DNA of 64,000 bases from an uncultured Candidatus Saccharibacteria bacterium (lineage in GTDB: Bacteria > Patescibacteriota > Minisyncoccia > Phycocordibacterales > UBA9973): the NCBI GenBank assembly GCA_964527185.1, contig CAZGOI010000001.1, forward strand, positions 167,097 through 231,096. The letters run 5' to 3'. Made by a program: the position numbers and the translations under genes. Below the pieces are notes generated by a model. It made no database searches and had not been told where the DNA came from. It saw nothing but the letters and a program-made list of their open reading frames with translations. This document shows, in pieces, positions 48,878 through 58,749 of the stretch; the first letter of the stretch is position 1; every line of letters begins with the position of its first letter.

Positions 48878-49257
48878 GGGACTGACGGGCTTCGACGAAA
48901 GACTGTCATCATCTGTGTGCATGTAAAGTGCGGAGGTATCTTTTTAAACTACTTCCAAAAGACTAAGTGCAAACAAAGTCGCTTCAGTGAAGTCACCATA
49001 TTTTGGTAATTTCGCTTTCGCTGTCGCCTAACGGCCACGCGAATGTTCACTCTCTAGACATCCGATATAGGGAGTGGGCATAATTTATCGGGTTAAGATT
49101 TGGGGATTGCTCGACCCCGAGTCTGACAATCTAGAGCTCGGTGTAGCGATATTTTTCTTATTCTCTAGTCGCTATATTTAAACCAAAAAAATAAGATACA
49201 CATGTAGATTCACTTATGAGCGCCTTTTGCATCTGGGTTCAACTCCCAGCAGTTCCA
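48878..49257 (+). ncRNA. ssrA: tmRNA (SsrA)
   Basis: 5' GGGACUG pairs with 3' CAGUUCC-A. The tRNA-like T-arm is CTGGG-TTCAACT-CCCAG. Internal tag ORF GCA AAC AAA ..GCC TAA encodes ANKVASVKSPYFGNFAFAVA. Lies directly downstream of smpB. Confidence 0.85.
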
Positions 49258-49298
49258 CATTTTTTATTTAAGCACTTTTGTGTATAATAGCTAGACTT

Positions 49299-51194
49299 AT
49301 GGCAGAAAAGGGTAAACCAAAACAGCCTAAAAAGGTTCCCAATATAGGCAACCAGATATTGGTCGCAGTTTTGATATTTGCAGCTATCACGGTCATATAT
49401 TCGTATGTTGCAAAAAACCCCGAAGATATAAAAGCGTTGACAATATCTGACGTCGCCAAAGATGTAAGCGCTGGCACAGTAGAGAAGATAGAAGTCTCGG
49501 GCCAAGATGTGACAGTTTATTTTAAAGACAAAACTAAAGGCTCGGCCCAAAAAGAATCCGAGAGCTCTCTTTCAACGACACTCGCAAACTATGGCGTTAG
49601 CACCAAAGATCTAAACGCCACACCGATTGAAATAAAAGGTGACAGCGGTTGGGGATATTGGCTCGCAAATATTTTGCCATTCCTTTTACCGGTTATCCTC
49701 GTAGTGTTTTTTATCTGGATGTTGTCGCGGCAAGTCAAAGGCGCCGGCATGCAAGCGTTTACCTTTGGCCAATCAAAAGCTCGCATCACAAACCCAGACG
49801 ATAAAAATAATCGCGTGACCTTCAAAGATGTTGCAGGTTCAAAAGAAGCCAAAGAAGAATTGAAAGAAATTGTTGATTTCCTAAAAAACCCAAAGAAATT
49901 TTTAGACATCGGCGCCCGCATTCCAAAAGGCGTGCTCTTGACCGGTGCCCCAGGCACCGGCAAAACTCTCCTTGCTCGGGCAGTTGCCGGTGAAGCTTCG
50001 GTCCCATTTTTCCACCTATCTGGTTCTGAATTTGTCGAGATGTTCGTCGGGGTTGGCGCATCGCGGGTGCGAGATTTGTTCAAGATGGCCAAGAAATCTG
50101 CCCCAGCCATAATATTTATAGACGAAATAGATGCTGTCGGCCGGGTGCGTGGAACTGGTGTCGGTGGAGGAAACGATGAACGCGAACAAACCTTAAACCA
50201 AATACTTGTCGAGATGGATGGCTTTGAACCAAATGAAAAAGTTATCGTCATGGCGGCTACAAACCGCTCTGACGTGCTCGACCCGGCGCTTTTGCGCCCA
50301 GGTCGTTTCGACCGCCGAGTCGTGCTCGACCTTCCAGACCGCGCTGACCGCGAAGAAATTCTGACAATCCATTCAAACAAGAAACCATTTGCCGAGGATG
50401 TAAATCTGAAAGTCATCGCCGAGCGGACACCAGGGTTCTCTGGCGCAGATTTGTACTCGCTCATGAATGAAGGGGCAATACTTGCCGCCCGCGAAGACCG
50501 TAAGAAAGTCGCCCAGTTCGACCTCATTCGTTCGATCGAAAAAGTCATGATGGGGCCAGAGCGAAAGAGTCACCTTCTTTCAAACAATGAAAAGAAAATC
50601 ACCGCCTACCACGAAGCCGGGCATGCGCTCGTGGCCTCGGTTCTGCCGCACGCCGACCCGGTCCACAAAGTTTCGATCGTTTCGCGCGGTAACGCCGGCG
50701 GTTACACCCTCAAACTCCCACTCGAAGAACGCAGGCTGCAAAGTAAAAAAGAATTTCTCGACGATATCGCCATGGCTCTCGGCGGTTACGCCGCTGAGCA
50801 AATAATTTTTGGCGATATCACAACTGGGCCATCGAACGACCTGCAGGTGGCGACAAACATGGCCCGGGCCATGGTTACCCGCTGGGGCATGTCTGAAACT
50901 GTCGGCCCGATTGCTCTTGAAAACGACGGTGGGCACCCGATGTTTGGCAAAGGTATGGGTGGCGAAGAATATTCTGAAAAAGTCGGCGCCATGATTGATG
51001 AAGAAGTTTCAAAAATTATGAACAATGCGCTCGTAACCGCCAAAGAAGTCCTGACAGAACACCGAAAAGTTCTCGACGCTATTGCCAATAAATTGATCGA
51101 AGTAGAAACGCTCGAGCAAAACGAGTACAACCAGCTCATCATCGCCCACGGCATAATGCCAAAGAAAAAAGAAGAGACTGTAAAAGAGAAATAA
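49299..51194 (+). CDS. ftsH: ATP-dependent zinc metalloprotease FtsH
   Basis: N-terminal TM pair. AAA Walker A GAPGTGKT, Walker B, SRH. Zinc motif HEAGHA. The start is probably the Met at 49299. Confidence 0.9.
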   Translation: MAEKGKPKQPKKVPNIGNQILVAVLIFAAITVIYSYVAKNPEDIKALTISDVAKDVSAGTVEKIEVSGQDVTVYFKDKTKGSAQKESESSLSTTLANYGVSTKDLNATPIEIKGDSGWGYWLANILPFLLPVILVVFFIWMLSRQVKGAGMQAFTFGQSKARITNPDDKNNRVTFKDVAGSKEAKEELKEIVDFLKNPKKFLDIGARIPKGVLLTGAPGTGKTLLARAVAGEASVPFFHLSGSEFVEMFVGVGASRVRDLFKMAKKSAPAIIFIDEIDAVGRVRGTGVGGGNDEREQTLNQILVEMDGFEPNEKVIVMAATNRSDVLDPALLRPGRFDRRVVLDLPDRADREEILTIHSNKKPFAEDVNLKVIAERTPGFSGADLYSLMNEGAILAAREDRKKVAQFDLIRSIEKVMMGPERKSHLLSNNEKKITAYHEAGHALVASVLPHADPVHKVSIVSRGNAGGYTLKLPLEERRLQSKKEFLDDIAMALGGYAAEQIIFGDITTGPSNDLQVATNMARAMVTRWGMSETVGPIALENDGGHPMFGKGMGGEEYSEKVGAMIDEEVSKIMNNALVTAKEVLTEHRKVLDAIANKLIEVETLEQNEYNQLIIAHGIMPKKKEETVKEK

Positions 51195-51245
51195 AATTCC
51201 AATTGCAGGAATTGTGCAACTAGGATATATTGAATGAACGTCCAA

Positions 51246-51319
51246 CCACCCTTAGCTCAGTTGGTTAGAGCACAGAGCTTATACCTCTGGGGTCCTTGGT
51301 TCGAATCCAAGAGGGTGGA
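51246..51319 (+). tRNA. tRNA-Ile (anticodon UAU)
   Basis: CCACCCT..AGGGTGG-A acceptor, D-arm GCTC/GAGC, anticodon stem CAGAG/CTCTG with loop CTTATAC, T-loop TTCGAAT. No encoded CCA. Confidence 0.7.
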
Positions 51320-51321
51320 CA

Positions 51322-51801
51322 ATGCAAAAAACAAAAAATTATATACTAATACTTCCCGACATCCGTTCAGCTATCAATGTCGGGGCCATCTTTCGCACGG
51401 CCGATGCAGTTGGAGTTTCGAAAATTTATTTAACTGGTCAGACCCCAACACCGGCAGATAGGTTTGGTCGGGTTCAGAAAGATATCGCCAAAGCGGCTCT
51501 CGGGGCTGAAAATTTTATTTCGTGGGAATATAAAAAAATGGTCTGCCCAGTGATCATAAAATTGCAGCGCGATGGATATAAAGTCATCGCTATCGAGCAA
51601 GATGAAGATGCGATCGATTACAGAAAAATAAAAAAGCAAGATAGGCTTGTATTTATTCTAGGGTCCGAAACAAAAGGCCTAGATAAAAAAATATTAAAAA
51701 TGTGCGACAAGATAGTAGAGATACCTATGCTAGGCAAAAAAGAGTCGCTCAATGTTTCAGTTGCGGCCGGGGTGGCACTCTTTAGAATATTACAAGGCTA
51801 G
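51322..51801 (+). CDS. SpoU/TrmH-family RNA 2'-O-methyltransferase
   Basis: 159 aa. SPOUT motifs LVFILGSETKGL and IPMLGKKESLNVSVAAGVALF. Confidence 0.7.
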   Translation: MQKTKNYILILPDIRSAINVGAIFRTADAVGVSKIYLTGQTPTPADRFGRVQKDIAKAALGAENFISWEYKKMVCPVIIKLQRDGYKVIAIEQDEDAIDYRKIKKQDRLVFILGSETKGLDKKILKMCDKIVEIPMLGKKESLNVSVAAGVALFRILQG

Positions 51802-51955
51802 CTATGGCCCGTATGGTTGTAGTGGGGCACTCTGGTCTGTCCCTGGGGTGATGTATGGTTTGCCCTCGCTTTTTTTCGGCCCACCGGTTAAAACCCAGAT
51901 TATGAATATGGCAACCAAGACCATCAGTATGACCATGATCATGCTCGCGTCGCCT

Positions 51956-52909
51956 CTATTTTTTTGAATTCTTTTTTCCATTGAATAATTTTTGGTGTTT
52001 GTTGCAAAAATGCGCACTGCGACCATTTAAAACTTTTCTTATTATAACACCATGACAACCCGCCTTGCCACAGGGCTCGTTTTTCTTGCCATAGACGTTG
52101 TGTTTGTTTTGAAATCTGCCACGGCCGCCGGTTATGTCGCGATAGTCAGACATCGAATCACCTCCGAAATCTATACCTTGTTTTAGAACTTGCTTCATAG
52201 CTAGAAAAAGAGTCGAGAGTTTTTCTTTTGATATAAATTTTGATTGCGACTCTGGGTGGATGCCAGAGAGCCACAGCATTTCGTCTGAATAAATATTGCC
52301 GATACCAGCGACGACACCTTGATCCATCAAAACAGTTTTTATATAGCGAGTTGGTTTTTTAAAAAGTCTTTCTATAAAATCTTTCAATTTAAAATTTTTA
52401 TCGAGTGGTTCGGGACCTATATTTTTTAAATGAATCGTTTCGTGGGCTTCGCCTGTATCGAGGGTTGTGACCTTGCCGAATTTTCGCGAGTCACAAAAAA
52501 CAAAATGCTTGCCGTTTGAAAGTGAGAAAACAACATGGATAAATCGGTTGTATGGGTCAAAAAGAGATTTCCGCTCACCCTGGCTTGGCCGCCACATATT
52601 TTCTTTTTTATCGTAGGTGTATTTACCATAGAGGATATGGCCAGTCATCCTTAGATGGATTAAAATAGTTTTTTTATTTGAAAGGTTGATCAGGATATTT
52701 TTGGCCCGACGCTCGACATTTAAAACTCTAGCCCCGACTACTTGGCGCTTAAATTTTTTAAAAAACTTTTCGCTCTTTAGGGTCTCCTTGAATTGTTTTA
52801 TAGGCTGATTCTTTTTTGCCAAGTCTGTCCAAACAGATAAAATGGCAAGTCTTGGCAAAACGCCCTGCAGGCCATTAACTGTTGTTGTGACTTCTGGTAG
52901 TTCGGGCAT
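51956..52909 (-). CDS. fpg: formamidopyrimidine/Nei-family DNA glycosylase (extended)
   Basis: N-terminal MPELPEV catalytic Pro/Glu. H2TH region. C-terminal CxxC..CxxC zinc finger. 317 aa. Confidence 0.8.
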   Translation of the reverse strand: MPELPEVTTTVNGLQGVLPRLAILSVWTDLAKKNQPIKQFKETLKSEKFFKKFKRQVVGARVLNVERRAKNILINLSNKKTILIHLRMTGHILYGKYTYDKKENMWRPSQGERKSLFDPYNRFIHVVFSLSNGKHFVFCDSRKFGKVTTLDTGEAHETIHLKNIGPEPLDKNFKLKDFIERLFKKPTRYIKTVLMDQGVVAGIGNIYSDEMLWLSGIHPESQSKFISKEKLSTLFLAMKQVLKQGIDFGGDSMSDYRDITGGRGRFQNKHNVYGKKNEPCGKAGCHGVIIRKVLNGRSAHFCNKHQKLFNGKKNSKK

Positions 52910-52911
52910 GA

Positions 52912-53487
52912 TTATTTACTGCTTAGAATTTTTAGCGCTTCTTTGATGCGAGCGTTGGTTCCGGAAATATTAGCTCCCACTTGCTTGAGCGCGTCGCGAG
53001 CCTCATTGTGTGAATAGCCAAGAGTTTTTAATGCTTCAAAAACATCGCCCTCGCCCCGCAGAGAATCATCGGCGCCCGCGTTTTTGTCGAAAGCTACTTT
53101 GTCGCGAAGCTCGAGCACTATTTTATCGGCTGTTTTTTTGCCGATACCGGAAACTTTATTGAGATAGCTTGTATCGCCACTTGCAATAGCTTTGCGCAGG
53201 GTATCTGCTGAGGCAACTGACAGAATTGAAATTGCTGACTTCGGTCCAATACCAGAGACATCGAGCAAAAGCTCGAAAAAATTCATTTCATCTTCTGTTT
53301 TGAAACCATATAGGTCGATAGCATTTTCGCGTACGGCTGTATACACCCAAAGGCTGGCAGAATCTTTTTCTTTAAACCCGGAAAGGGTATCGAGCGTGGC
53401 AAAAACTTTGTAACCGACACCAGAAACATCAATTATGATAAATTTATCTTCTTTTGAAATTATAGTTCCACTTAGATGGGCGATCAT
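52912..53487 (-). CDS. ruvA: Holliday junction branch-migration protein RuvA
   Basis: OB domain plus two HhH motifs (GIGPKSA, GIGKKTA). 191 aa. ruvB is not adjacent. Confidence 0.8.
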   Translation of the reverse strand: MIAHLSGTIISKEDKFIIIDVSGVGYKVFATLDTLSGFKEKDSASLWVYTAVRENAIDLYGFKTEDEMNFFELLLDVSGIGPKSAISILSVASADTLRKAIASGDTSYLNKVSGIGKKTADKIVLELRDKVAFDKNAGADDSLRGEGDVFEALKTLGYSHNEARDALKQVGANISGTNARIKEALKILSSK

Positions 53488-53579
53488 GCTCTGATCATAG
53501 CAAATATTGCCTTTGCCGGCTATTTCTGATACTATGCCCTTATTCGATTAAGAATTTTATTAGATTAAGAATTTAAATT

Positions 53580-53834
53580 ATGCCAATTACAAAATCAGCC
53601 AAGAAGGCTCTTCGCGGCTCGAAAACAAAAAAAGCCGCCAATGATCGCAATAAAAAAGCCGTCAAGGATATAACAAAAAATATCGAAAATCTTGTCAAAG
53701 ATGGCAAAAAAGCTGAAGCAAAGAAAATGCTCCCAAAAGCTTATGCCGCTATCGACAAAGCCCTAAAGAAAGGAATATTCAAGAAAAACAATGCTGCTCG
53801 CCAAAAAGCCAGACTCTCTAGGATAACAAAATAA
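53580..53834 (+). CDS. rpsT: 30S ribosomal protein S20
   Basis: MPITKSAKKALR start, helical basic protein. 84 aa. Confidence 0.85.
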   Translation: MPITKSAKKALRGSKTKKAANDRNKKAVKDITKNIENLVKDGKKAEAKKMLPKAYAAIDKALKKGIFKKNNAARQKARLSRITK

Positions 53835-53835
53835 A

Positions 53836-54099
53836 ATGGAATTACTTTTTTTCTATGGGCTCGAATGCCCCCACTGCATACACATGGAGAAGCTCGTAGA
53901 TAAATTGAACAAGGAAGGTTTCAAAATTAAAAAAATTGAAATCTGGCACAATGAAGCAAATAATAAAATGATGGAGCGCCTCGATTGCGAACCAGAGCCT
54001 TGTGGCGGTGTTCCATTTTTTCTAAATCAAAAAACTGGCAAGACCGTCTGTGGCGAAGCAACCATAAAAGAACTCAAAGACTGGGCAAGCCAAAATTAA
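53836..54099 (+). CDS. thioredoxin-fold (glutaredoxin-like) small protein
   Basis: CPHC active-site motif near the N-terminus. 87 aa. Confidence 0.6.
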   Translation: MELLFFYGLECPHCIHMEKLVDKLNKEGFKIKKIEIWHNEANNKMMERLDCEPEPCGGVPFFLNQKTGKTVCGEATIKELKDWASQN

Positions 54100-54135
54100 A
54101 ATCTCTCCAACAGGAGAGATTTTAATTTATAGAGT

Positions 54136-54447
54136 CTATTGCTTTGCCGCTGGTGTCGTCGTTGCAGGCTTGGCTGCCGAAGTATCTGGCCTTACCCAAC
54201 CCATCATGCCGTAACCATAGTTATCGTTATTATCAAAACCACGATTCCAACCCATCATGCCACCATGACCAAAACCAGAATATCTGAGTTCGGCCTTTAT
54301 CTCGCCAAGTTGAACGCCAAAACAAAATACGATAATAACAAGCACAAGCATGAAAAACTTTTTTAGCAAATAATGCTTGTTGTTGTGCATCATCTCGCCA
54401 TGACCGCAGCACTGACAAGATAAAGAATCTTTATTTTCCATATTCAT
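54136..54447 (-). CDS. small membrane-anchored Met/His/Cys-rich protein (putative metal-binding)
   Basis: CQCCGHGEMMH, then a TM helix, then repeated HGGMMGW / GMMGW motifs. Confidence 0.45.
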   Translation of the reverse strand: MNMENKDSLSCQCCGHGEMMHNNKHYLLKKFFMLVLVIIVFCFGVQLGEIKAELRYSGFGHGGMMGWNRGFDNNDNYGYGMMGWVRPDTSAAKPATTTPAAKQ

Positions 54448-54556
54448 AATTTTTTAAAAATATTATCTAATAAACCGACCAATGTTTTTACATAGTATAT
54501 TATAACAAAAAACGCTTGCTAATGTATAATTGTTAGTGTAGATTAGTACGGTATTT

Positions 54557-54628
54557 GGTCCCGTCGTTCAATGGATAGGACGTAACTTTGCGGAAGTTAT
54601 GATGCAGGTTCGATTCCTGCCGGGATCA
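54557..54628 (+). tRNA. tRNA-Arg (anticodon GCG) - identity tentative
   Basis: GGTCCCG..CGGGATC-A acceptor, D GTTC/GGAC, anticodon stem TAACT/AGTTA with loop TTGCGGA, T-loop TTCGATT. Confidence 0.6.
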
Positions 54629-54721
54629 CACAAATATGAAAAACATCTTTTTATCATAGTTTCTTCGTCTGTGATATGATAGATACATTAACATCTTAAT
54701 GATTTTTTAAATTTTTAAACC

Positions 54722-56476
54722 ATGTTTTTCTTTTTTCTATCATTTCTAGCTGGAGTTCTAACGGTCCTCGCACCCTGCACCATATCACTTTTGCCGGTTA
54801 TAGTCGGTGGCTCGATGGCCGAGGGGCGAAACTTTAAAAAAGTCATAACCGTCACCGCTTCGCTCGCGCTCTCGGTCATATTTTTTACTTTGATCTTAAA
54901 AGTAAGCAGCCTATTTGTAACCATTCCCCAGGCCTTTTGGGAAATTTTTTCTGGCACGGTTATAGGCTTGATCGGGTTATCGATGCTTTTCCCAAATATC
55001 TATGAAGGCATTCCAATTTTAAATAACCTAAACCAAGAATCAAATAAACTTCTTGCCACCGGCTATAACAAAAAAAATTTTATCGGCGATATCACGATCG
55101 GCGCCGCACTCGGGCCAGTTTTTTCGAGTTGTTCGCCGACATATTTCATAATTCTGGCTGTAATTCTGCCGAAAAATTTTGTTTCTGGGCTTGTCGATCT
55201 GGTTGCCTATGCTCTCGGGTTGTCGCTTGCGCTACTCGTCGTCGCTTTTGCCGGACAGAAGCTCATGCACCTGCTAGGCGTCGGTTCTGACCCTAAAGGC
55301 AAATTCAAGCGCATCATCGGCATACTATTTTTAATCGTCGGCATTGCTATTGCCACCGGCTATGATCGAAAACTCGAAACAAGTCTAACAACAAATGGAT
55401 TGTTCAATGTCGCCAATATCGAGCAAACCCTACTTTCAAAACACGACGATACTAACAAGACTAAAGAAATAAATTCTCAAATTTCATCAACCGAAATGTT
55501 GACGCTCGCAGAGAAAATGAAAAAATACACCAAGGCCCCAGAGCTAGTCAGCCCCGACGGCTACATAAACACAGGCGGCCAGCCGATAACCCTCGGCCAA
55601 TACGTCGGTAAAAACGTAGTCCTCGTTGATTTCTGGGATTATAGTTGCATCAACTGCCAGCGCACATTTCCGTATTTAAAAGCTTGGTATCAAAAATATA
55701 AAGACCAAGGCCTCGTCATTGTTGCCGTGCATACGCCCGAATTTGCTTCTGAACAATTGCAATCAAATGTCGAAGCAGCGGCCAAGCAATTTGGACTCGA
55801 ATATCCGATTGTCCTTGATAATGGTTACAAAACTTGGAATGCATTTAACAATGAATACTGGCCGAGAGAATATCTCATCGATATCGACGGCTATATAGTT
55901 CACGACCACGCCGGCGAGGGGCAGTACGATGAAACAGAAAAAGCGATACAAACTGCGCTCGCCGAACGGGCAAGTAGGCTCGGCCAAAAAGCCACCGAAC
56001 AATCAACCGTCAACATACCAGAAGCCGACCTGTCTTCGATCGGTAGCCCAGAAACATATTTTGGTTCGCGTAGGAATGAATACTTGGGAAATGGTACAAA
56101 ATATCTAAACGGCCCGCAGACATTTACACTGCCAGATATTATTTCGCCGAATACCCTTTATCTTGGTGGTGATTGGAATATGAGCCCCGAATACGCCGAG
56201 GCTGGGCCAAAGAGCGATATAGTGTTTAGGTATATCTCTAAAGATGTTTATGTAGTTGCTAGAAATTCAAAAGACCCAGTCAAGATAAAAGTCTACCGCG
56301 ATGGCAAACCAGTTGGCGCATTTGCCGGCGCAGATGTCGACCCAGCCACAAGCGAAGCGACGATAGACGGCGATAGGCTCTATCGACTCATCCACGACGA
56401 CCTGCCAGGAATCCACACTATAAAAATAGAAATCGAGTCCGGAGTACTCGATATGTATACATTTACTTTTGGTTAA
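54722..56476 (+). CDS. CcdA/DsbD-like transmembrane electron-transfer domain fused to TlpA/ResA-like thioredoxin domain and C-terminal domain
   Basis: N-terminal 6-TM region with LAPCT..LP. Periplasmic thioredoxin fold with WDYSCINCQ (CxxC). About 200-aa C-terminal beta-rich extension. Confidence 0.55.
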   Translation: MFFFFLSFLAGVLTVLAPCTISLLPVIVGGSMAEGRNFKKVITVTASLALSVIFFTLILKVSSLFVTIPQAFWEIFSGTVIGLIGLSMLFPNIYEGIPILNNLNQESNKLLATGYNKKNFIGDITIGAALGPVFSSCSPTYFIILAVILPKNFVSGLVDLVAYALGLSLALLVVAFAGQKLMHLLGVGSDPKGKFKRIIGILFLIVGIAIATGYDRKLETSLTTNGLFNVANIEQTLLSKHDDTNKTKEINSQISSTEMLTLAEKMKKYTKAPELVSPDGYINTGGQPITLGQYVGKNVVLVDFWDYSCINCQRTFPYLKAWYQKYKDQGLVIVAVHTPEFASEQLQSNVEAAAKQFGLEYPIVLDNGYKTWNAFNNEYWPREYLIDIDGYIVHDHAGEGQYDETEKAIQTALAERASRLGQKATEQSTVNIPEADLSSIGSPETYFGSRRNEYLGNGTKYLNGPQTFTLPDIISPNTLYLGGDWNMSPEYAEAGPKSDIVFRYISKDVYVVARNSKDPVKIKVYRDGKPVGAFAGADVDPATSEATIDGDRLYRLIHDDLPGIHTIKIEIESGVLDMYTFTFG

Positions 56477-56943
56477 AAACCAAGTTTATCGGCTAAGATC
56501 ATTGAATTTGATTCTCGCAATTGTATTTGCGGGACAAATTTTGCAATCGATTCTCTAACCTGATTGGTCAGCGAAGCCGGAAGGGTAATGGTATAGATAG
56601 GCAAGAAATATCTAGTCGTTTCGATCATGAGTTTACTCTCGACATCCCCAGGCAGGATATTGAAACCCTTGATATTTTTCCAGGGGTATTTATTTTTACC
56701 CATCATCAGACCGTCATTTGCGATCATGAACCGCACTGTTCCTGGCTCGCGAATGCTAAACATCAAAAGGCAGCCGCCAGAGATAAAAATAAATATTCCA
56801 AAGACAAAATTGCCAAGCCAAACTGCAACTACGCAAGCGACAATTGTCACAAGTATTATAGTCCAGATAAAATCAGGGCTTTTTTTCTTGTGATTGTACT
56901 CAAGGGTTTCCCAGCTGATAGTTTCAATTGTGGCGCCTTCCAT
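56473..56943 (-). CDS. membrane protein, hypothetical
   Basis: 156 aa, two TM helices. Confidence 0.4.
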   Translation of the reverse strand: MEGATIETISWETLEYNHKKKSPDFIWTIILVTIVACVVAVWLGNFVFGIFIFISGGCLLMFSIREPGTVRFMIANDGLMMGKNKYPWKNIKGFNILPGDVESKLMIETTRYFLPIYTITLPASLTNQVRESIAKFVPQIQLRESNSMILADKLGF

Positions 56944-56986
56944 GAGACTAGTATAGCAAGAGATGAATTAAAAGACTATAAATATT

Positions 56987-57754
56987 TTATTTGAAGGCAA
57001 AGAGGAGATCAGCTTGGGCCTTTTCGATTGCTTTTTTGAATATATTTTCTGCCAGGGCAATAGCATCATCGCGAGTTTTATTTAGGTTATTTAATGTATC
57101 GGTCATAAGAAAATTTTTACTGCTGTCTTCTAGGTCTTTGCGGGCTTTTAAGATTATTTTATTTGTATCCATTTTCAAATTTTTGGCGACACTTCTGCTT
57201 GCACCCTGGCAATCGGCCGATGCTTTAGATAACGCCGCATCGACACTAGCCTTGAATGTAGTAATAGAGTCGTCGACGCTTTTTGCATGCATTGTGATAG
57301 CAGAATTTAGACCATCTCTGTAAATTTTTATAGCTTGGTCGATGCTCGCACGTCGAATATTAACTGCATTTGTAACAGCATTTTTATAAACTTCGACTGC
57401 TTTTTTCTCAGCATCGGTCGTGGCTCTCTTTGTGATTTTGTTCCAGTTTTCTGCATGCCTGCTATCTATGCCTACACGGCTGGCGGCCCGCTTAGCATCG
57501 GCATCGCTTTCGGCCTTGGCAAGCTTTGCTAGCCTATCGGCTTCATTTTGAGAATGTTTTACTTCGGCACCCGTGATTTGATCAGAGTATTTTGATTCCA
57601 GATTACCGATATTGCTACAGACGTTACTCGGATCTGTTATCTGGCTAGGATTATTTTTTAAACCCTTGTTTGAATTATCCGCAAAGGCAAAAACTGGCAC
57701 AAGGCTCGAACCGAGAAAAATTGCTATTAATATTTTTTTAAAATTAGAGCGCAT
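56987..57754 (-). CDS. secreted helical protein, hypothetical
   Basis: Signal peptide. Ala/Lys-rich helical repeats. Confidence 0.4.
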   Translation of the reverse strand: MRSNFKKILIAIFLGSSLVPVFAFADNSNKGLKNNPSQITDPSNVCSNIGNLESKYSDQITGAEVKHSQNEADRLAKLAKAESDADAKRAASRVGIDSRHAENWNKITKRATTDAEKKAVEVYKNAVTNAVNIRRASIDQAIKIYRDGLNSAITMHAKSVDDSITTFKASVDAALSKASADCQGASRSVAKNLKMDTNKIILKARKDLEDSSKNFLMTDTLNNLNKTRDDAIALAENIFKKAIEKAQADLLFAFK

Positions 57755-58139
57755 TTGTTGATGATGTTAAATCTATAACTGCTGGTTCATTTAAATCGGT
57801 CGGAGCGGCTAGGTCATCGTAATCGACACCAGACTCTTCGACTGATTCATCTTGAACGACCAAGTCTTTTATACTCGCGTCATTTTTTGCCCTACTCGGC
57901 GACAATGAATAGATGCCGACAACAATAAGGACTATCAGGCTTGGAACAAGTATCGCCCGTTTTGTTTTCCAAATTTTTGCAAATTCTGAAACCTTTACAA
58001 ATGGGCTCTCGATCGGCAAAAATTCTTTTTCTGTATTAACTTCGATATGCTCGAGCGCGAACTTCAAAGAAGCTCGATCTGGTAGATCGGTTTGTTTTAG
58101 ATTTTTTCTTATTAAATTTTCGAATTCTTGATCGTTCAT
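57744..58139 (-). CDS. putative anti-sigma factor (single-pass membrane)
   Basis: 131 aa with a central TM helix. Overlaps and follows the ECF sigma gene. Confidence 0.4.
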   Translation of the reverse strand: MNDQEFENLIRKNLKQTDLPDRASLKFALEHIEVNTEKEFLPIESPFVKVSEFAKIWKTKRAILVPSLIVLIVVGIYSLSPSRAKNDASIKDLVVQDESVEESGVDYDDLAAPTDLNEPAVIDLTSSTNAL

Positions 58140-58140
58140 A

Positions 58141-58695
58141 TTAATTTTTATAAAGCTCTCGCAATTTTTTTATGGCCCGCGAGTGGACTTGACGTATAGC
58201 ATCTTCGCGCTTACCGGTAATTTCGGAAATTTCTTTGTATGACATGTCACTGACGTAGAAAAGATTTATGACCTCTTGTTGTTCTTCGGAAAGCCTGGCG
58301 ACTACCTCAAACAAAACTTCGTGCAAGTCAGAATCATCAAAGTTTTCCTTCTCGGCAACTGCTTCGGCTCTAGCACCGACAATTTCATCAGAAACAATTT
58401 CACGATGAGAATTTTTCCTGAAATAGTCGATCATGCTGTTGCGCGCAACAGTAAAGAAAAAAGAAAGCGGTGAAGTATGGTTCTCATTCCAGTTTGGTAT
58501 GGCGCCCCAGATTTTTATAAAAACATTCTGGGTCATGTCTGTGGCTTCGTCTTTGTGCTTGATACGAGAGAGGATATATCGGTAAAGCGGGGTATAGTAA
58601 GAAGAATAAATTTGCTCAAAGGCTTTGTCGTTGCCAGATTTGGCTTCTAGAATAAGCCTTTTAAGCTCTTCTTGCTTTTGTAATAGTTCACTCAT
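58141..58695 (-). CDS. ECF-type RNA polymerase sigma-70 factor
   Basis: Region 2 (YRYILSRI, FIKIW) and region 4 (YKEISEITGK..VHSRAIKKLR) motifs. 184 aa. Confidence 0.8.
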   Translation of the reverse strand: MSELLQKQEELKRLILEAKSGNDKAFEQIYSSYYTPLYRYILSRIKHKDEATDMTQNVFIKIWGAIPNWNENHTSPLSFFFTVARNSMIDYFRKNSHREIVSDEIVGARAEAVAEKENFDDSDLHEVLFEVVARLSEEQQEVINLFYVSDMSYKEISEITGKREDAIRQVHSRAIKKLRELYKN

Positions 58696-58749
58696 ATGTA
58701 ACGTATAATATACTCTTTTGTGATCTAGAGCAAAAGAATTGTAGTTATG

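Noticed and set aside
49589-51202. Several long antisense or alternative-frame ORFs (319 aa, 138 aa, 118 aa, among others) inside ftsH
   Set aside because: They lie fully inside the strongly supported FtsH coding sequence on the opposite strand or in another frame. They are a GC-skew artefact of a real gene.
51234-51461. 75-aa ORF on the plus strand
   Set aside because: It overlaps the tRNA-Ile gene and the start of the SpoU methyltransferase gene in another frame. It is spurious.
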